Origin: a virus
Strand: one strand, 5' to 3'
Virus record (IMG/VR): IMGVR_UViG_3300017917_000332
Location: 10,453 to 74,452 of that record
Length of the DNA: 64,000 nucleotides
Shown here: positions 1 to 9,671 of the stretch, one piece after another
Layout of the letters: every line of letters starts with the position of its first letter
Position numbering within the stretch: the stretch's first letter is position 1
Translations under genes and position numbers: made by a program
The notes under the pieces: generated by a model
Databases searched by the model: none
What the model was told of the DNA's origin: nothing
The model's input: only the letters and a program-made list of their open reading frames with translations

Positions 1-1
1 C

Positions 2-172
2 CACAAAGATAGGGATACATTTATTAATGGTGTTCAAACTAATAACGGGAAACATAACCTATTATTATGCCAATGGAGAGATAGTTTAAACGATGCAAGA
101 GAAAAGCTATCTAAAACATTATACTATTCATTCTGGGATAAACAGTACCTAGAAGAAATTCTAAAAACTTAG
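2..172 (+). CDS. 3' end of a hypothetical protein (truncated by the window edge)
   Basis: Open frame 2 read by hand: HKDRDTFINGVQTNNGKHNLLLCQ...YYSFWDKQYLEEILKT*, stop TAG at 170-172. Confidence 0.6.
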   Translation, partial: HKDRDTFINGVQTNNGKHNLLLCQWRDSLNDAREKLSKTLYYSFWDKQYLEEILKT

Positions 173-969
173 TTCCTAGAACTAAGTTCTTTCACTAGCC
201 AGTCTTCAAATACACCTTCTATACGAATAGTCCAACTAATTGGTTTAACAGGTTCAGCATCACCGTGAAAGTCGTGATTGTTCCAATAATAACTTATTCC
301 ACCTGAAATCTTGTAGTTAGCGCCATTTACCTCGTCTTGGACATATAGATGTCTTAACTTTAGAGGATCAAACCACATAAAATGTTCTTGGTGATCGTAG
401 TCATCTCGATTAAAGAACAGATCCTTATGCATAGGTACTGATTTACCAGAAGTCTTTAATAATAAGAATACTGGTCCCATTTTTTTAAAGGGTAGTGTTT
501 CTGCCCAAGATCTCAAAGAAGCAAAGTTGTTAGAAGCCTCTGTCCAAAAGAAGTTAAAGTTATTTTCTTTTAAAGCATCACAGGGCTCATAATCCCAGAA
601 CTGCGGTTTTTCGTAGTCTCGAAGTACTAGGTATGTAAAGTATTCCTGCACTTTATATTCATAGGCTAACCAGTACTCAAACGCAATCTTGTCTGTTTCT
701 AGTAGCTCTAGCCCCTTGGCTTTTTTTTCAGTATCAGTATCGTTAATCCAACAGTTATAAGCTGTAGCAAAATCTTTAGGAGAATCTTTTGCAGTATCTA
801 TTGTAGTAATATCATTAGCTACCTTAACATAGTTTGCTCTTATGTGAGCATGAGATTTTGCTATTCCGTAATTTACATCACTAACTAGGCTTAAAAGTTT
901 TTCAGCATTGGAATAATGATCTAAACACACATAAGGCTTGCCAAATACACCTTTCATCACAAATTCCAA
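169..969 (-). CDS. putative Fe(II)/2OG-dependent oxygenase (cupin/AspH-like)
   Basis: C-terminal HxD (PMHKD) plus distal His (NHDFHG), followed by a beta strand with Arg (WTIRIEG). Confidence 0.55.
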   Translation of the reverse strand: MEFVMKGVFGKPYVCLDHYSNAEKLLSLVSDVNYGIAKSHAHIRANYVKVANDITTIDTAKDSPKDFATAYNCWINDTDTEKKAKGLELLETDKIAFEYWLAYEYKVQEYFTYLVLRDYEKPQFWDYEPCDALKENNFNFFWTEASNNFASLRSWAETLPFKKMGPVFLLLKTSGKSVPMHKDLFFNRDDYDHQEHFMWFDPLKLRHLYVQDEVNGANYKISGGISYYWNNHDFHGDAEPVKPISWTIRIEGVFEDWLVKELSSRN

Positions 970-1517
970 TACTCTTCTTTAATATCTAAAATCATAGTAA
1001 CACGCCACTGGTCACTTTTGTTCCAACCGCCGTGCTTTTTCATACCGTCAAACGAAACAATATCGCCAGTGTCCCATCCTTTAGTTTCGCCTTCTACGTG
1101 GAAGCCTACAACATTTGGATCTGTACTAGGCATACTGATACCAATCATAGTACCATATGCTCTAACCTTACCAACAACTTCTTCACTTAAATCCCAGTAA
1201 TCGTCGGTGTGATCTGGAATATAACTCTTTGGCTGGATAAAGTTAACACAGACGTTTAGTACCCCAGGGATACTTTTTAAAACCTTCATAGTCTTTGGCC
1301 AGTTCTGTGCATATTGGTCATTTATTCTAGTGGCATCAATCAGTGGTAGTCCCCACCAACCTAAATGATCACCTTCGCCATATCTTTCACTAAACTTAAT
1401 ACCGTCTTTAGTTGGCTCAAAATTTTCCTTCCATGTGCCGTATTCTTCAATAAGTGTATCTTTTAGTTCAACTAGTTTAGCATAGTGTTGGCATTTTTTA
1501 GAATCAATCCAGTTCAT
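957..1517 (-). CDS. aspartyl/asparaginyl beta-hydroxylase-family Fe(II)/2OG oxygenase
   Basis: IPDHTD...SFDGMKKHGGWN.S.QWRVTMILD matches the AspH-family HxD...H...R pattern; GGAG Shine-Dalgarno upstream. Confidence 0.8.
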   Translation of the reverse strand: MNWIDSKKCQHYAKLVELKDTLIEEYGTWKENFEPTKDGIKFSERYGEGDHLGWWGLPLIDATRINDQYAQNWPKTMKVLKSIPGVLNVCVNFIQPKSYIPDHTDDYWDLSEEVVGKVRAYGTMIGISMPSTDPNVVGFHVEGETKGWDTGDIVSFDGMKKHGGWNKSDQWRVTMILDIKEEYWNL

Positions 1518-1534
1518 ATTTTTCTCCTGATAAA

Positions 1535-2671
1535 TTATTTAAGTATTTTAGATAAGGTGTCTTTAATAAATGTCATTTCTTCTTGAGAAATGTCATAAAA
1601 ACATAAATGCCAAAACTTGTCCCAGTTGTGATATAGACCAGAGTCATTTAGTGTTTGTTGAAAATTAGTAAAATCATTAGGATACGCTTGTATCATACTA
1701 CCTTTAGCTGTAGCTGTTATACCCTTGTCTAGAAATATAGTTTCTAAGCTCTTGACATAAGGTATAACTGTGTTGTCTATGTAAGATAATAAGTTATTAT
1801 TGTTAATAAAATCAATTGTTGCTACTGCGGCAACTGCACCTATAGTGTTAGTACTCCTAGTGTTACCTATTGCCAACCAACTGTTACTTACAACTTCTGT
1901 AATTTTAGAATCAAGAACAGTCAAACAGAGATTGTCGTGTCCTGAGGTCAATGCTTTTCCTAAAACTATTATGTTAGGCTTTAGTCCTAAAGAATGACTG
2001 TGTACCCAACAACCCATTCGTCCTATACCCGTTAGCACTTCGTCAACGCATAATAAAAGATTGTGTTTAGTAATTGTAGTTTGTAAAGAATTCCACCAAT
2101 CGGCTGGGTTATCAGATAGGCCTTTTCCCCAAGGTACTGTATCTACTAACACGCCTGCTATATTGTCTGCACCAATTTGGTTAACAGTTAATTCTAAATC
2201 ATCAAAAAATTCTACAAATGTTACTGACGGCCAGTCTTTGCTAAAAGGTTGCCCGTGAACCATTTGCCATCCTGTAATCGAGCCACTGTGGTAACTATTT
2301 TTTCTAACAAGAATAACATTTCTTTTCTGTCCTTGTTCAGCCCAGTAGTTCCACATTATTTTTATAGCATTATCTACGGCATCGCTACCTGACAGTGCAG
2401 ATATAAAAGAGCTATATCTACTATCAGTAATAGCATCAATAGACTCTTCTAAGTCGTTCCAAACTTTATGTTTCAGTCTCCAGAAACTTGTATTAGCATT
2501 ATCTAAATGTAACTTTATTCTATCAGTAATAAACTTGTTACCGTAGCCTAATACGTTAGTGCCTGCAGATGCATGTAGATCAAATTTATTATTGATGTAA
2601 TGACCAGATGCATTTAACAACACATCTGAGTTGTATCCTTGGTTTATTGTAAAAATATCTAAACGTTTCAT
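1535..2671 (-). CDS. class III PLP-dependent aminotransferase
   Basis: SGSDAVDNAIK, SYHS, DEVLTGIGRMG, and the PLP lysine in LGKALTSG. Confidence 0.9.
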   Translation of the reverse strand: MKRLDIFTINQGYNSDVLLNASGHYINNKFDLHASAGTNVLGYGNKFITDRIKLHLDNANTSFWRLKHKVWNDLEESIDAITDSRYSSFISALSGSDAVDNAIKIMWNYWAEQGQKRNVILVRKNSYHSGSITGWQMVHGQPFSKDWPSVTFVEFFDDLELTVNQIGADNIAGVLVDTVPWGKGLSDNPADWWNSLQTTITKHNLLLCVDEVLTGIGRMGCWVHSHSLGLKPNIIVLGKALTSGHDNLCLTVLDSKITEVVSNSWLAIGNTRSTNTIGAVAAVATIDFINNNNLLSYIDNTVIPYVKSLETIFLDKGITATAKGSMIQAYPNDFTNFQQTLNDSGLYHNWDKFWHLCFYDISQEEMTFIKDTLSKILK

Positions 2672-3705
2672 ACAATACTTCTTTTCTGACCTTCTCTCTC
2701 AAGGTCAAGAGTACAACAGTGAACTCCGCTTTCCCAGAATAGACCGTGTCGTAGTCTAGTAGAGTAGCATTCTATACCCTGTGACTCAAGATACTTTTCT
2801 AGCTTAGGTTGAGGATTGCTTAACAAAATCTTATTATGATCAAGTACTAGAACGTTTGTATCAAAACAAACATCTTGTGCATAACCTCGCCACTCACCAA
2901 ACCACTTTTGCATCCAAGCTTCTGTAAACTTGCCGCCGCTAGCTTTCATATCACTAACATACCGAGACAAGTCTGGAAACGAAACATAATCTTTTATTTC
3001 AATGACCCTTTTGTTTTGTAAGCAAACAGGTACCCAATCTTTAGTTAAGCAAACTACGGTTTCATCGTCGGTCATAAACCAACATTGATCAATGTGTCCC
3101 CAACCGTTAGAACTAGTACCGACATTATCTACTATGTTAGTTCCCCTAGGAAGATTTCTTCTCAACCATTCTTGTCCTAATTTAGTTCCCGGACCTTCAT
3201 GATTTAAGATTAAACAGTCTCCGGTCTTAGATGCTGTAGCTGTATGCAACAGCAATTTTTCTTTGTATCGTTCTTGGTATATTTCTACACCTTTAGTAAA
3301 CCAAACTTCGTCATTTTGAAGTTTAGGAATATCAGGTATTGGCTGTTGTATCCAGTTATATCCCTGTTTAAACAATTCCGTAAAGATGTTATAATAAAAA
3401 TACTGATCGTAATAACGTTCTTTCATGCTAGTAAATGTGCTGTATATACAGTCGCCATATACTAGATATTGATCCCTTGGAACCATTGGAGGCATTACAT
3501 TCTCAGCAGAGCTAGATACCGTTGGACGGTACACTTCGATGCCAAAAGATTTTAAAAGAGTTGCTAAACTGTCAAAGTCTTCTTTGGTTTCTTCTAGTAT
3601 TTTCGCAAGATATCCGTCAACTTGGTTGTTGTCGGTCTTGAAATCAGTTGTAGTATCTCCTACTACAACTTTGGTTAATCTATCCCATTCGGTCCAAACT
3701 GTCAT
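2668..3705 (-). CDS. amidinotransferase (glycine/inosamine-phosphate amidinotransferase family)
   Basis: N-terminal TEWDRL..VVVG, PRDQY, GHID, C-terminal SGVHCCTLDL carrying the catalytic Cys. Confidence 0.88.
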   Translation of the reverse strand: MTVWTEWDRLTKVVVGDTTTDFKTDNNQVDGYLAKILEETKEDFDSLATLLKSFGIEVYRPTVSSSAENVMPPMVPRDQYLVYGDCIYSTFTSMKERYYDQYFYYNIFTELFKQGYNWIQQPIPDIPKLQNDEVWFTKGVEIYQERYKEKLLLHTATASKTGDCLILNHEGPGTKLGQEWLRRNLPRGTNIVDNVGTSSNGWGHIDQCWFMTDDETVVCLTKDWVPVCLQNKRVIEIKDYVSFPDLSRYVSDMKASGGKFTEAWMQKWFGEWRGYAQDVCFDTNVLVLDHNKILLSNPQPKLEKYLESQGIECYSTRLRHGLFWESGVHCCTLDLEREGQKRSIV

Positions 3706-3748
3706 AATAAAATTATTCTTTACACACTACTTACCTGATAAGTACAGC

Positions 3749-4441
3749 ATGTTTCAAGAATACGAATACTACTATAACAATGTTCCAGGAATTGGACTTT
3801 GTAGAAATAATCTAATCTATACTAGTTTAATAAACAAAGATAAGACAGTGTTTGTCCAATGGTACCACAACGACAGCGAGTATCACAGGGGACAAAACCA
3901 AGTAGTCGATCCATCTAAGATGGAAGAAAAATGGTTAAGAGAAGTTAATTACCTTACACAGATGCGAAATGCATATCCGGATTTGATTCCTAAAATTATT
4001 AAGATTGATCTGGACGCCAAGAAGATTTACTTAGAGATCGAAGGTCCCGACTTTTGGGAACAAGCAGGATGTGACACAAATAACTACGATAAAGTTCTTC
4101 CTGATTGGCAAGATCAAATGTTGAACATCATTCAATCACATCGTGAATTAGGATTCCACAAATACAGTATGCACCCTAGCAGTTACTTTGTAGTTGGAGG
4201 TAAACTAAAAAGTATCAACTACTTCTTTACTTACAAGGATCATGAACCAAACATATCAATAGCAGACGTAGAAAGTCACATCTACTCAACTAGACAAGAT
4301 GAGATGCGTAAGCACTTATCAACACTAGGTATAGATTGGAACAAACCTCAGCCGTGGAGTGTATTTGATACACTATGTTGGGAAAGTTTTAGAACTAACT
4401 ATCCAGCAGAATTTATTGAGAAGGTCAAATGTATAAAATAA
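3749..4441 (+). CDS. protein-kinase-like fold protein with degenerate catalytic motifs
   Basis: REVNYL..M...PKII.ID...IYLE layout; probable start ATG 3749 just after TAAGTA (the ORF-track extension to 3539 overlaps the divergent gene). Confidence 0.5.
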   Translation: MFQEYEYYYNNVPGIGLCRNNLIYTSLINKDKTVFVQWYHNDSEYHRGQNQVVDPSKMEEKWLREVNYLTQMRNAYPDLIPKIIKIDLDAKKIYLEIEGPDFWEQAGCDTNNYDKVLPDWQDQMLNIIQSHRELGFHKYSMHPSSYFVVGGKLKSINYFFTYKDHEPNISIADVESHIYSTRQDEMRKHLSTLGIDWNKPQPWSVFDTLCWESFRTNYPAEFIEKVKCIK

Positions 4442-4983
4442 TTCCGTGGAGTCAAGATCTCGACTTGACAGAGTTTTACAAAACAGCAGAAGAAAAAGGC
4501 TTTGTAAATAATGCTAGCCAAAAGATGCTCGTTGATAGTTTAGCAAAAGAGAAAGAATGGTGCGTGTGGATTCTTTACTACAACAATAACGCCATAGGCA
4601 GTGTAGGCGCACATTCTTTTCCTGAAATAGGTAATAACTGTTACAGAATAGCGGTAAGGACCTGTGTCTTTTCTGATAAGCTACCGCACAACGGTCTTAG
4701 AACTGCAAATCAAATTGTAACACACCAACACGCAACTTCACAATTCTTAATACCTGCTTGCATAGATTGGGCACCAAAAGGTAGTAGATTGTTTATCACC
4801 AGCAACGAGAGCAGTGTTGGAACGCAAAGACTAGTACATAGAATCTTTGCACCAGCAATGGTTAAAACAGGACAGATGGCAAGAGTCTGTGAGATGCACT
4901 ATAGAGGCACAGATCAAACAGTGTGGGAACTATTTCCAGATGTCTTTATGGAGAATTTGAAGAAACACCCGCGTTGGCAATAA
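4429..4983 (+). CDS. GNAT-like N-acyltransferase
   Basis: WILYY...IGSVGAH...YRIAVRTC strand order and ~180 aa length are typical of a GNAT fold. Confidence 0.5.
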   Translation: MYKIIPWSQDLDLTEFYKTAEEKGFVNNASQKMLVDSLAKEKEWCVWILYYNNNAIGSVGAHSFPEIGNNCYRIAVRTCVFSDKLPHNGLRTANQIVTHQHATSQFLIPACIDWAPKGSRLFITSNESSVGTQRLVHRIFAPAMVKTGQMARVCEMHYRGTDQTVWELFPDVFMENLKKHPRWQ

Positions 4984-6055
4984 GTTTGTCTTCTAGGTCG
5001 TATTCTATACACGGGTCAAATATCCTTGCCGCACTTTCAGAGCAGATAAGACCGCAGGCCGCTAGCCTACCATCATCATAACCGTTGTCCCATCCTGCCT
5101 TTATCTTAGAAAAGAACTCACTGTTTACAACATCATACCAACTATTCTTGAGAATATTAACTTTATCACCACCGTAGTTTTCCCATAAGGTAGTCCAACT
5201 ATCACCTAGTTCTTTAGTTTTATATAAATGAAAACAAGTTCCTGTGTAGACACAGGGGAAAACATATCCTTCTGCACTAATATAGATACTGCTCTTCCTT
5301 TGGGCTTCGCAGGTTATTGGACTGTTGTTAGATATGGCCAGAGCATCGTGTATTTTAAAAACTCGATGTTTGCTGAGAATTAGTGGATGTACTAATTGTT
5401 TATTCGTTGGTTGTTCAATTTTAATTTGAAGTTTCTTATTGATGCTTTGCATTTCAAAAAGCGCATCTAATAAGAACTTATGACTCTTACGAACAATAAA
5501 TCTATCAAATCCTTGGCTCAATGCAAACTGTCTTGCTTCTTCAACTTGATGTTCATTATGTTTAAAAGCAATCCACTGCCATTCAGCTTCGCCGCCTGCA
5601 TCAATAAACGCTTTAGAATTTTCAACAACCTTATTCCATCGCACATTTACTCTATAGATATGGTTAGTGTCTTCTAATCCGTCAATAGCAAATCTAACCC
5701 ACGAGCCTTTTCCAAGGATAGTAGCAAGTTCTGCCCACCATTCTGGATTACGCATACCACCGTTAGTACTAACTTTAATGTTAATATGGGGTGCTCTTTG
5801 CTTAATAGCCTTACAAACTTCTAAGAAATTTGGTGCGGCACAGGGATCACCAACCATTCCGCTAAAGAATATAGTGTCTAAATTAGCTAAAACTTCACCA
5901 GGAATAGTTTCTGAATAGAACTCAACTGGCAAATAGCTTTGGTTGAACCAACTATAATCGCCTGGTTTAAGTTCTCTAGTGCAACTTGGACAGGCCGCAT
6001 TACATAATGCACTATGTTCAATGTCTAGTTCTTTGATCTGCTTGTAAAAATCCAT
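4946..6055 (-). CDS. radical SAM protein with C-terminal SPASM/twitch-like Cys region
   Basis: CNAACPSC; GDP; STNG; IDGL; C..(IYISAEG)VFPC..CGLIC; probable start MDFYKQ at 6055. Confidence 0.9.
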   Translation of the reverse strand: MDFYKQIKELDIEHSALCNAACPSCTRELKPGDYSWFNQSYLPVEFYSETIPGEVLANLDTIFFSGMVGDPCAAPNFLEVCKAIKQRAPHINIKVSTNGGMRNPEWWAELATILGKGSWVRFAIDGLEDTNHIYRVNVRWNKVVENSKAFIDAGGEAEWQWIAFKHNEHQVEEARQFALSQGFDRFIVRKSHKFLLDALFEMQSINKKLQIKIEQPTNKQLVHPLILSKHRVFKIHDALAISNNSPITCEAQRKSSIYISAEGYVFPCVYTGTCFHLYKTKELGDSWTTLWENYGGDKVNILKNSWYDVVNSEFFSKIKAGWDNGYDDGRLAACGLICSESAARIFDPCIEYDLEDKLIANAGVSSNSP

Positions 6056-6096
6056 GAATATATTTATGGGGTGTGCTACCATGAATAAATATTTCC

Positions 6097-6714
6097 ATGG
6101 AACGCCAAATTAAACTTGACCTCACTGCTGATATTAACGAACTTAGAGAGTTCTATAATACCATTAAGACAGACTTTGCTGACAGAAAATGGATAGCAAC
6201 TGAGCAAGCAAAGTATATTAAACGAGAAGCATACAATAACCCAAACATTGATCTTTCAAAGATGCCAGGCGGTTGGGCATTAACAACATATCTCAAAGAC
6301 GACAGCCAAATATGCGCACCTTGGAATGTTTTAACTAACGATTTTACCGACGGAAAGAAAAGAACCAACATGGTATTTGGTATTGCAGAACGTCTATTAG
6401 ATAAAATACCTATGGCATATAGACTAGGAATCAGTGTTACCCCAGGCGGCAACTATATTGAATCACACGAAGATGACGCATGGCATATACATTTTCCAAT
6501 TTATAGTCCGCCTAAAAGTTTCTTTACCTGGGACAATGAGAATAGAGAACCAGTAGACTGGGAACATTACGAAGCTGACGGAACTTCATGGGCGTTAAAC
6601 ACTCAACTAATGCACAGTGTTAAGAATTTAGATACAGAAGATAGAGTACACATGTTCTTTAGCGTCAAGCAAGAAGACATGCCAGCATTGTTACAAATTA
6701 CAGGACAGATATGA
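6097..6714 (+). CDS. AspH-family Fe(II)/2OG hydroxylase
   Basis: ESHED..WHIHFPI...LNTQLMHSVKN...DRVHMFF. Confidence 0.8.
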   Translation: MERQIKLDLTADINELREFYNTIKTDFADRKWIATEQAKYIKREAYNNPNIDLSKMPGGWALTTYLKDDSQICAPWNVLTNDFTDGKKRTNMVFGIAERLLDKIPMAYRLGISVTPGGNYIESHEDDAWHIHFPIYSPPKSFFTWDNENREPVDWEHYEADGTSWALNTQLMHSVKNLDTEDRVHMFFSVKQEDMPALLQITGQI

Positions 6715-7310
6715 AGATACTAATAACAGGCCATACTACTGGCCTAGGAGAATTTCTTGCCGATCATTTCTCTAAAGATGGACACGTTATAATAGGTGTT
6801 AGTAGATCTACCGGGTTTGACCTAACTAAAGATGTTAGTAAAGTAGAGAGTCTAGCAAAAGACTGTGACCTAGTAGTTTTAAATTCAAATGCCGGCCAAA
6901 TGGAACTACTAGAGCTGTTGGCATTAGAGAAAAAGTTAATAGTTATGGGAAGTATTGCAGGTCAATACGATCAACTTATTCAAAGTGAATACAGTAGCAC
7001 CAAGAAAAAACTTGCCGAACGTTGTAAAAATCTAAGTTTAGATCCAAAAGTTAAACTACTTCACCTCACAATATCTATGTTAGAAGATGCTATAAGTACT
7101 GACAAAGGAATTACTTTTCTAGAAGTTTACCAAACTATTAACAGTTGGTTAGGTAATCCGTGTTATAATAACATAGATTACGAATTTAAACTAACGCCAT
7201 TCACTTTAGAGCAAATTAAAACTAAGTTTGGCGCAACACAAGAAAGCATCGATAGAATTACACAAAATGTCTGTGACCGAACAAAAGCACAAGTTTTACC
7301 AAATACTTGA
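6711..7310 (+). CDS. short-chain dehydrogenase/reductase
   Basis: MKILITGHTTGLG Rossmann motif, NAG, GS, YSSTK (YxxxK). Confidence 0.85.
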   Translation: MKILITGHTTGLGEFLADHFSKDGHVIIGVSRSTGFDLTKDVSKVESLAKDCDLVVLNSNAGQMELLELLALEKKLIVMGSIAGQYDQLIQSEYSSTKKKLAERCKNLSLDPKVKLLHLTISMLEDAISTDKGITFLEVYQTINSWLGNPCYNNIDYEFKLTPFTLEQIKTKFGATQESIDRITQNVCDRTKAQVLPNT

Positions 7311-8658
7311 AGAGAAAACTGGTAGCAAAACATTCTGTATCCTTCCTTGGATACACTTTGCAACACGACCAAACGGCGATATGCGACTCTGCTGTTCTGC
7401 CAACGCTAGTGGTGCCGGTCACGATCACACTATTGGACTAGTAAAAAACGAATCGGGTGTCCCTGCAAACTTTGGTAATAGTAAACCTTTAGAAGCCTGG
7501 AACAATCAATACATGCGAGATGTCCGTCTAACTATGTTAGAGGGAAAAATTCCAGCTAGTTGTAGCAAGTGTATCGGTGAAGAAGACAAAGGGGTAATTA
7601 GTAAACGCCTTTGGGAAACCTATACTTGGATGGAAGATGGTATTGACATTGAAGAACTAGTTAAACAGACTAAAGAAGACGGCACTGTTCCTGACAAATT
7701 AACATACTTGGACCTTAGACTAGGGCACACTTGCAACCTTAAATGCGTAATGTGTAGTCCGCACGACAGTAGTCGATGGGTTCAAGATCACGAAAAGCTC
7801 TTAAAGAAGACTACTATCCCTATTATAGCAGAGCAAATGGACTGGGATAGCAAAACGTTTAATAATACATGGTACGAAAACCCAGATTTCTGGGAACAAA
7901 TTAATGCTCAGATTCCAAATCTAAAACAAGTTTATTTTGCAGGTGGCGAACCTTTGATGATCAAAGAACATAAAAAGTTCTTACAAGAAATTATTAGACA
8001 AGGTTATGCTGACAAGATCCTTATAAGATACAACAGTAATGCGTTATTACTAGATGACGAAACTATCGACTTGTGGAAATCTTTTTCTAAAGTTAAATTT
8101 GCTGTTAGTTTAGATGCGGCTGACCAACGCAACTGGTATATTAGATATCCTAGTGACTGGGACACTATTGTAAAGAATCTTCATAAGTTAGATAACACAC
8201 CTAGCAACATACAAGTAAGTATTGCTACCGCTATACAGATTCTAAACATTAAACACCTTCCAGACTTTGCTCGTTGGAAGATAACACAGAACTTTAAGAA
8301 GATTAACTTTGAAAATGTTACAGGCGGTATCGAAGCCGGCGGTGGCATTTTTAATATGCACCTTTTGTACTTGCCAACATTCCTAAGTATTCGTTGTTTG
8401 CCTCAAGCAGATAAAGCAGAGGTTAGGAAGATATTTGGAGAATTTGCAAACTGGTTGCAGGTTAACTACAGACAAGATAAAGATTTTTGGAAAGATAATC
8501 CCTACGGTTGGAAACGTTGGCAGGCTATACTAGACTTTATGGACTCTGAAGATCACACTAACCAGTTGCCTGCGTTTAAAGAATACATAGAAAATCTAGA
8601 CAGCATTCGAGGTACAGATTTTAAATCTATCTTTCCAGAACTAGCGCATCTATTATGA
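7267..8658 (+). CDS. radical SAM protein with N-terminal twitch-like domain
   Basis: FCILPW..RLCC..CSKC at the N-terminus; CNLKCVMC; AGGEP; probable start 7267. Confidence 0.92.
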   Translation: MSVTEQKHKFYQILEEKTGSKTFCILPWIHFATRPNGDMRLCCSANASGAGHDHTIGLVKNESGVPANFGNSKPLEAWNNQYMRDVRLTMLEGKIPASCSKCIGEEDKGVISKRLWETYTWMEDGIDIEELVKQTKEDGTVPDKLTYLDLRLGHTCNLKCVMCSPHDSSRWVQDHEKLLKKTTIPIIAEQMDWDSKTFNNTWYENPDFWEQINAQIPNLKQVYFAGGEPLMIKEHKKFLQEIIRQGYADKILIRYNSNALLLDDETIDLWKSFSKVKFAVSLDAADQRNWYIRYPSDWDTIVKNLHKLDNTPSNIQVSIATAIQILNIKHLPDFARWKITQNFKKINFENVTGGIEAGGGIFNMHLLYLPTFLSIRCLPQADKAEVRKIFGEFANWLQVNYRQDKDFWKDNPYGWKRWQAILDFMDSEDHTNQLPAFKEYIENLDSIRGTDFKSIFPELAHLL

Positions 8659-9671
8659 ACGTTGTAAAAGTTCTTCAAAAATGGCCTAACGACACGTTAC
8701 GCATCGAAATGATGATCGGTAACACTTGTAATTACAAGTGTTGGTACTGCTTTCCCGGTAGTAACGAAGGCACACATCGCTGGCCAGACTTTGAAAGATT
8801 TAAAACCAATACACATCATTTGCTGAAGTATTACCAAGAACAGCTAGGAAAAAATAAGTTTGAAATACATTTCATCGGCGGCGAACCAACGCTGTGGCCT
8901 GAACTCGGCGAGTATGTAAAGTATCTCAAAGAGAATTTTAATGTGGTAACTTCTATGAGTACTAACGGATCAAGAACGATTCGTTGGTGGAAAGAATACG
9001 GAAAGTACTTTGATAAAGTAGTTATAAGCTGTCATTACGAAGCAATTGATGTACAGCATGTATGCGATGTTGGAGATATTTTATACGATCAAAAAGTTAT
9101 TGTCGGCGGATTAGTATTAATGGATCCTAACAACTGGGACAAGTGTTGGGAAGTCATGAAAGGTGTCTGTAAAAGTAAAAGGAGTTGGGGTGTTGACCTT
9201 CAAGAACTTTACGTACAAGGCCAAAAGATTGAATATACCCCTGAACAAATAAAACTCTTAAGAAAGCATCGCTTTAGACAAATAAACATTTTTCACTTTT
9301 TTAAAAATAACAAACACACTCTACAAAGAGTGAAAGTTGAATTTGAAAACGGTAAAACTCAACGAGTAAAAAGCAACGAGATTATTCTAAACAAGTGGAA
9401 TAAGTTTAAAGGTTGGGACTGTAATCTTGGCATTGACAGTATTTTTATCAGTAAAGAAGGATACGTTACAGGTGCCTGCGGTGAAAAACTTTACAACCTT
9501 GACTTTAAATATAATATTATGGATCAAGACTTTCCACAAAAGTTCAATCCATCAATTACCACAACTACCTGTTATCAAGAAAATTGCTGGTGTCAACCAG
9601 AGTCTAACTTAACTAAGAGTCAAGAAAATCCTGTTTACACTAAAAAGATTATTCCGATACTACCTGTTTAG
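8655..9671 (+). CDS. radical SAM protein with C-terminal twitch-like domain
   Basis: CNYKCWYC; GGEPT; STNG; C-terminal CNLG..C..C..CWC. Confidence 0.92.
   Translation: MNVVKVLQKWPNDTLRIEMMIGNTCNYKCWYCFPGSNEGTHRWPDFERFKTNTHHLLKYYQEQLGKNKFEIHFIGGEPTLWPELGEYVKYLKENFNVVTSMSTNGSRTIRWWKEYGKYFDKVVISCHYEAIDVQHVCDVGDILYDQKVIVGGLVLMDPNNWDKCWEVMKGVCKSKRSWGVDLQELYVQGQKIEYTPEQIKLLRKHRFRQINIFHFFKNNKHTLQRVKVEFENGKTQRVKSNEIILNKWNKFKGWDCNLGIDSIFISKEGYVTGACGEKLYNLDFKYNIMDQDFPQKFNPSITTTTCYQENCWCQPESNLTKSQENPVYTKKIIPILPV

Noticed and set aside
3539-3748. N-terminal extensions of ORF-track calls (also 4946-6082, 10535-11875, 12475, 28133, 30923)
   Set aside because: The extensions overlap adjacent genes; downstream starts fit the promoter motifs and domain boundaries.
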